Part shown: in pieces, positions 59,578 through 64,000 of the stretch
Numbering within the stretch: position 1 is the first letter of the stretch
How the letters are laid out: every line of letters begins with the position of its first letter
Origin: a virus
Lineage: Duplodnaviria; Heunggongvirae; Uroviricota; Caudoviricetes
Reading direction: 5' to 3' (one strand)
IMG/VR virus record: IMGVR_UViG_3300009703_000007
Span: 94,121 to 158,120 of that record
DNA: 64,000 bases
Translations under genes and position numbers: made by a program
Notes under the pieces: generated by a model
The model's input: only the letters and a program-made list of their open reading frames with translations
Databases searched by the model: none
Told to the model about the DNA's origin: nothing

Positions 59578-60135
59578 CTATGTCTCTAGCCTTGCCCTAG
59601 TGACCTCACTTTCTTCTCCATTTGGTTTGACTGTTCGGAGGGCGTCGAACCCCCAGTAAAGGCGTGGAGCCTGTAGCCTGCGAGACTTGGTGCGTATGAC
59701 ACCGTCTGGTACTCGGCGGTCAGGCGTACGCTGTTCCTGTCGGTCTATGCATACGTCCAGCGGTGTATCCATGTATACGCCTAGGACGTGTCGTATGCCT
59801 GCTCCCCGCAGAAAGCTGATCGCGTGGGACCTCTCTATAGCGCTCAGCCACATTGCGTCGAGCACCAGCGTAGGCCCCGGTAGAACCCTGTTGGCTACTA
59901 TCAAAGGAGACAGGCTGCGCAGATAGGTGCTTTTACCAGACCCAGGTATGCCTATGGGCATAACCAAGTTGACTACGTCTCCCGCAACAGCCAGCTTGGT
60001 GGCGGTCTGGCAAGCCCAGTCCCAGGCTTCGCCTGCCAGCGCTGGAGACCACCTGTACCTACCTTTGCCCTTCATTTCGATGTACGTGTCTGGGCTCACG
60101 AAAAACGTGCTGTGTGGCAACTCTCTGTCCATCAA
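59578..60135 (-). CDS. P-loop kinase, polynucleotide kinase-like
   Basis: 185 aa. Walker A MPIGIPGSGKSTYL resembles T4 Pnk kinase IGCPGSGKST. Confidence 0.55.
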   Translation of the reverse strand: MMDRELPHSTFFVSPDTYIEMKGKGRYRWSPALAGEAWDWACQTATKLAVAGDVVNLVMPIGIPGSGKSTYLRSLSPLIVANRVLPGPTLVLDAMWLSAIERSHAISFLRGAGIRHVLGVYMDTPLDVCIDRQEQRTPDRRVPDGVIRTKSRRLQAPRLYWGFDALRTVKPNGEESEVTRARLET

Positions 60136-60405
60136 ACCACTCCCGGCTTCAGGTCGATGTAGAACCTATCCCACGCCTTCTTCGGCATGTTCCTGAAATC
60201 TACGGTAAGCTCGAACCTATCGTTGATCGCGTCCGGCACGAATTGCCAGGCGGCGGCGATGAATACTCCTACGGGTGACACCGCTGTTGAAGGTGCCTGC
60301 GCCGATTCTTTCTCTCTCTGAAGATACATCTCCAGATCGTCCCCGCTAAGGTACGACGCTACTACTCCATTCTTTCCCTTCATTGTTTTCTACCCTGGTG
60401 AGATG

Positions 60406-60491
60406 TGGTGCGGGAGGGGGGATTCGAACCCCCAAGCCCCTAAGGACGACGCATTTTGAGTGCGCTACGTAGACCGTTCCGTCACTCCCAC
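60406..60491 (-). tRNA. tRNA-Leu (anticodon CAA), class II with long variable arm
   Basis: Acceptor gtgggag/ctcccgc. 3-bp D stem acg/cgt. Anticodon stem gcgca/tgcgt with loop ctcaaaa. Long variable arm. T arm ggggg-ttcgaat-ccccc. CCA encoded. Confidence 0.75.
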
Positions 60492-60497
60492 ATTTAT

Positions 60498-60800
60498 CTA
60501 CGTTATCTGCTTGTCCCAGTGGTCGTCCCCGAATCCAAGTATAGCCACAGTTGATGCGTCTATCTTGCGCTTTCGAGGGACTTTCCAGTGTACGTCACCG
60601 TACGCCATCTGGTCGTGGGTACGCGACCCAACACGTCCCTTGACCACAACAGGTCCAGAAGGAGCTGAGGTTGGTTTGGGCAGCATTGGTTTAGTGTCAA
60701 CCAACGCCGCCAGCTTTGAGGTTCTTCTTTTCTTGGCCCACGTACGCATGTCAGGCAGTGTCCACCCGAGCAGGCTCAGTGGGAGTATCCACCTAAACAT
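60498..60800 (-). CDS. hypothetical protein
   Basis: 100-aa ORF. Confidence 0.35.
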   Translation of the reverse strand: MFRWILPLSLLGWTLPDMRTWAKKRRTSKLAALVDTKPMLPKPTSAPSGPVVVKGRVGSRTHDQMAYGDVHWKVPRKRKIDASTVAILGFGDDHWDKQIT

Positions 60801-60865
60801 GTCTTTCCTAACACGAGCCAGCGTAGGGAGAGAAAGTCTATGACATCTCCCCCTACGCGATTTTA

Positions 60866-61186
60866 TCAGTGCTCCACGTACGTACGCCCCTTAGATGGGC
60901 GTGGGCGCGGTACTACCGGAGTGCAGGCGTCGTGGTCTGCTCTCCTGACTAGTTTGTTGGCCTCGGCTACTACGCCGTTCAGCCTATCCAGCACGTTTTT
61001 CTCGTCTACAGTGCCCTCGCGTAGTTCCGCGATTATGTTCACTGCCCTTTCATGTAGCCTGCGAGCAGGTTGCAAGTGCTTGACGACGGGACGTCCGTCG
61101 AAGTACATGACCTCGACTTTTGACGTAACATCTCCAACTCTTTTCAGCCGCTTGAAGACTTTCTTTGGTACATACCACCGGGACAT
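60866..61186 (-). CDS. hypothetical protein
   Basis: 106-aa ORF. Confidence 0.35.
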   Translation of the reverse strand: MSRWYVPKKVFKRLKRVGDVTSKVEVMYFDGRPVVKHLQPARRLHERAVNIIAELREGTVDEKNVLDRLNGVVAEANKLVRRADHDACTPVVPRPRPSKGRTYVEH

Positions 61187-61194
61187 TCAGCCCT

Positions 61195-61566
61195 CTAGGA
61201 TTGCGCCACTATTACCACCGACCGCCTAACCACCGTAACATTGCCCATCGCAAGTTGCAGTCTCTCTTCCGTAGACCGCTTAGCGAGGTTAGACGTCACT
61301 ACTACCACTAGCGCACTACCATCGTTTGCTACTTCGTGAGGCTTGTAGGGCCAGTCGAGCGCGCCGATAGCCTTAGTAACCTTGTCAAGCAGCAAGCCGC
61401 GATAGTACTTGTTTTCAGCCCCTGGAGGATCCATCCGAGGAATCCCCCAAGCGATCGTCACCAGGTACGTCCCGGGAGAAGCCCCTGCGTAACTACTGGC
61501 GATCTTTCTCAGATACTCGAGGTTGTCGAGGTCCGTCATCGGAGTCCTCCGCCATCCACTGGTCAA
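61195..61566 (-). CDS. hypothetical protein
   Basis: 123-aa ORF. Confidence 0.4.
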   Translation of the reverse strand: MTSGWRRTPMTDLDNLEYLRKIASSYAGASPGTYLVTIAWGIPRMDPPGAENKYYRGLLLDKVTKAIGALDWPYKPHEVANDGSALVVVVTSNLAKRSTEERLQLAMGNVTVVRRSVVIVAQS

Positions 61567-61768
61567 CCAGGGCTATCGCCTTAGCGTCGGCCGTAGCTTT
61601 CAACTTGGCGGCCAACGCTGCACGCTCCTGGTGCCTGGCGATTTCGCGACGAATCGCTCCGGGCAGCCACGTAATCAGCTTGGCGCTGAAGTAGAAGACT
61701 AGAACCCAGAACGCCAGGACACTCAGAGCGTACAGCATGGAGCTCTTCCTACTGGGAGCCGGACCCAC
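61493..61768 (-). CDS. small membrane protein (possible NfeD-like partner of SPFH protein)
   Basis: N-terminal TM helix LYALSVLAFWVLVFYF. Immediately downstream of the SPFH gene. High GC. Confidence 0.35.
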   Translation of the reverse strand: MGPAPSRKSSMLYALSVLAFWVLVFYFSAKLITWLPGAIRREIARHQERAALAAKLKATADAKAIALVDQWMAEDSDDGPRQPRVSEKDRQ

Positions 61769-62699
61769 CGACGCCGATGAAAGCGCTGGTGTTCCCTCCG
61801 AGGACCGTAGACGGCTGCTGACCGTCCCACCGCTCGATCTTCTTGTACTGTACGAGCGTGCCTGTCAGCGACCGGGCGATCATGGTGTTGGCGTCGGCTT
61901 CGGCCTGCGCTTCGGTCATGCGTGCCTTGGCCCGACCTTCCGCCGCGATGAGCGCCGCGTCGGCCACACCTCGCGCTTCTTCCCGGACCTTCTCCGCTTC
62001 CGCCGCCGTCTGCTCCAGCTCGTTCACCACGCGCTGGGCGTCCGTCGTCGCCTTCACCGAGGCCTCGATTGCGGCAGAGACGGTAGGAGGCCAGATGAAC
62101 TCTCCGATCTGCCCGATCTGTCCGATGTTGACGCCGTACTGTTCGAAGTGGGCGTTGACGCTGTTCTGCACGCAGTCGAAGAGCACGACCCGGTAGGGGC
62201 TGAGGTCCTGGACTTCCAGCGCTCCGATGGCCTGGCCGTTGTTGTCGACGCCTTGCGGGTTGATGACACACTGATTGAAGGCGTCTCGAATCCGGTTGCG
62301 GAGATGGGTATCCACGAACGTCCGATCGTCCACGCGGAACGTGTCGAACATCGTCGCGACCTTGCTGGCGGCGTACTGGTAGTCGATGGCAAGGTTGACG
62401 CCGATCGCCTGGTCGTCCACCGTCGAGAAGCGGATCGACTCGTCGGTCGGGGAGCCTTCGGTCGGGTTCGCGGTCCAGGTGATGTTCTGAACGTGGATTG
62501 GGAACTCGAAGATGTCGGTGCATCCGGGGTTGAACGTGTTCCAGCCGACGCTGACGGTGTCATACTCGTCGACGGAATCCGAACAGGTTGGGACTTCGAT
62601 GGCGACGTAGCCGGGTTCGACCTTCATGCAGGAAGGGGACAGGGCCAGAGCGGCCAAAGCAACGTAGACGCCGATGCGTCCGTACAGAGGGTGCTTCAC
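61749..62699 (-). CDS. SPFH/band-7 (HflK/C, stomatin-like) domain protein with lipoprotein-type signal
   Basis: N-terminal ALAALALSPSCMK. SPFH core. C-terminal coiled coil AEKVREEARGVADAALIAAEGRAKARMTEAQAEA. High-GC island. Confidence 0.7.
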   Translation of the reverse strand: MKHPLYGRIGVYVALAALALSPSCMKVEPGYVAIEVPTCSDSVDEYDTVSVGWNTFNPGCTDIFEFPIHVQNITWTANPTEGSPTDESIRFSTVDDQAIGVNLAIDYQYAASKVATMFDTFRVDDRTFVDTHLRNRIRDAFNQCVINPQGVDNNGQAIGALEVQDLSPYRVVLFDCVQNSVNAHFEQYGVNIGQIGQIGEFIWPPTVSAAIEASVKATTDAQRVVNELEQTAAEAEKVREEARGVADAALIAAEGRAKARMTEAQAEADANTMIARSLTGTLVQYKKIERWDGQQPSTVLGGNTSAFIGVGGSGSQ

Positions 62700-62801
62700 G
62701 TAGTACTCCGTGTTGAAGCATAAAATTTCCCAGCAGAGTCGGAATGAGCTCTTCCAGGTGTTATCTATTACTTGTACCAGAATTGCTGCTAAGGTTGTCT
62801 T

Positions 62802-63212
62802 CTACGTACCCAAGGTGTACGCGCTGTTGATAGCCTTGAACGTAGTGCTCCAAGACCATTCATCGTGAATGTACCAGCTGATCTCCTCTCCTTCCAGATC
62901 CACGGTGCTGTCCACCTCATGCTCGAACATACGGATGGCCTTGGCGTATTCGTTGGAGTAATCCTCTGGACGCTGTGGCATGCGTACCCTCGTTGCGGAA
63001 AAGTCTACGTCTGCGAAGTCCTCTGTGCCCAGAAATGCGTCACAGGCTGCTGCACATCGACGCATTTCTTTGCCTACCGCTGTGTTCCACCCGAGCATGG
63101 CGTCTGCGTACTCTACCTCGTGCGCAGCCTTTCGCTCAGCTAGGCCTGCGATCAACTCTGTTCGGTTCACGGTGATGGTTCTGTTGCTTCCTCGCATTGC
63201 TCTATCTCTCAT
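62802..63212 (-). CDS. hypothetical protein
   Basis: 136-aa ORF. Confidence 0.4.
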   Translation of the reverse strand: MRDRAMRGSNRTITVNRTELIAGLAERKAAHEVEYADAMLGWNTAVGKEMRRCAAACDAFLGTEDFADVDFSATRVRMPQRPEDYSNEYAKAIRMFEHEVDSTVDLEGEEISWYIHDEWSWSTTFKAINSAYTLGT

Positions 63213-63739
63213 TGCTCTCTTCGTTTCCAGTGGTACACTACCAGCCCCGCCCTTCCCGGCAAAGTCTCGTAGCTGTGTGGCTCAAACTCTTCAGACAAGT
63301 AGAAAGGGAATACTGTGTCCGCTTTGTACTCTCCGGGTATGCCTGTAACCAGTATGTCTGTCGTTTCATCTTTGAAGAGCTGGTATATCTCAGCTCCTCC
63401 GATTACGCAGATCTCAGGGACATCCCCCGCTACCTTCAGCGCAGCTTTCTTTGTTTTAGCTAAAGTTAAAGGCGTGTCGTCGACAACACCGTCGTCCAAG
63501 TTAATCGTGTTATGAAAACGCGACAACTTCAGTAGACTGTGTGACCGAGATAATACTATGTTGTGTCGGCCCTTGAGGGCCGTGGGTAGAGAGTCATATG
63601 TCTTTCTACCCATGATGCATGGCTTGCCCATAGTGGTACGTTTGAAGAACTTCATGTCCGCTGGATACTCCCAGGGAATGCCTCCTTCAAAACCTATGCC
63701 TCTATTGCCATCCATGGCGACTAGTGTGGTTATTTTCAA
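63209..63739 (-). CDS. folA: dihydrofolate reductase
   Basis: LVAMDGNRGIGFEGGIPW..PADMKFFKRTTMGKPCIMGRKTY matches the DHFR N-terminal signature. Confidence 0.85.
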   Translation of the reverse strand: MKITTLVAMDGNRGIGFEGGIPWEYPADMKFFKRTTMGKPCIMGRKTYDSLPTALKGRHNIVLSRSHSLLKLSRFHNTINLDDGVVDDTPLTLAKTKKAALKVAGDVPEICVIGGAEIYQLFKDETTDILVTGIPGEYKADTVFPFYLSEEFEPHSYETLPGRAGLVVYHWKRREQ

Positions 63740-63740
63740 G

Positions 63741-63989
63741 CTATCTCACTATAAGCTCAGTGTCTACGACGTTCGTGTCGTACTCCACCCAAACTCGTGC
63801 CCCGCACGACAAGGGGTCGTGGGGCCTGTACACTACGCGTAGCAGCTCTTTGCCGTCTTTACTTCGGACAACAGCTTCGTGTGCGTAGGAATTATCTTTG
63901 TACGTCTTTACCGTGAGCACAGGGTCGTCCGTACCATACTTGGTATTTGCTCGGATCTTGTGCTGGTTGACGTGGATTATTTTCTTCAT
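63741..63989 (-). CDS. hypothetical protein
   Basis: 82-aa ORF. Confidence 0.35.
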   Translation of the reverse strand: MKKIIHVNQHKIRANTKYGTDDPVLTVKTYKDNSYAHEAVVRSKDGKELLRVVYRPHDPLSCGARVWVEYDTNVVDTELIVR

Positions 63990-64000
63990 TAAGTGGTGGC

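Noticed and set aside
1-64000. CRISPR array or other regular direct-repeat arrays
   Set aside because: No repeat-spacer periodicity seen. The only tandem repeat is the short 13-nt repeat at 13553-13610.

Overview
This window reads as a contiguous piece of a large dsDNA phage or virus-like genome. Baseline GC is about 50%, with several high-GC islands. Genes are tightly packed and mostly on the minus strand.

Replication and repair genes:
- A DinG-like DEAH helicase (partial) and an AAA+ ATPase.
- A family-A DNA polymerase with a 3'-5' exonuclease and an N-terminal UDG-like domain.
- A DnaG-type primase fused to a helicase.
- Two Cas4/RecB-type PD-(D/E)XK nucleases, RNase H, a DnaQ-like exonuclease and a SNF2-like helicase.
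- A LigD-like phosphoesterase plus ATP-dependent ligase, and a PNK-like kinase.
- A CMP/dCMP-deaminase-like domain, DHFR and a MazG-like protein.

Structural and packaging genes: a terminase large subunit and a portal-like protein.

Transcription genes: a sigma70-family factor and a 1799-aa protein that is a bacterial-type RNAP beta subunit fused to the N-terminal half of beta'. This protein carries a LAGLIDADG intein.

RNA genes, all on the minus strand: Thr, Asn, Ala, Gly, His, Pro, Val, Glu, Gln and Leu tRNAs, plus a tRNA(CAT) split by a ~760-bp intron carrying an HNH ORF. There are also several tRNA-like fragments in unusual arrangements.

The most striking system is a tightly coupled Ubl(GG-terminus)–JAB/MPN–E1-like triad. 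It sits inside the replication operon, next to an 871-aa protein of unknown function.

Other notable points:
- A TilS-like PP-loop enzyme is encoded near the split tRNA(CAT).
- Two in-frame amber codons separate the PNK-like ORF from a deaminase domain.
- Two consensus sigma70 promoters appear to drive leaderless mRNAs.
- Several ORF-poor segments may be structured RNA, regulatory regions or decayed genes.
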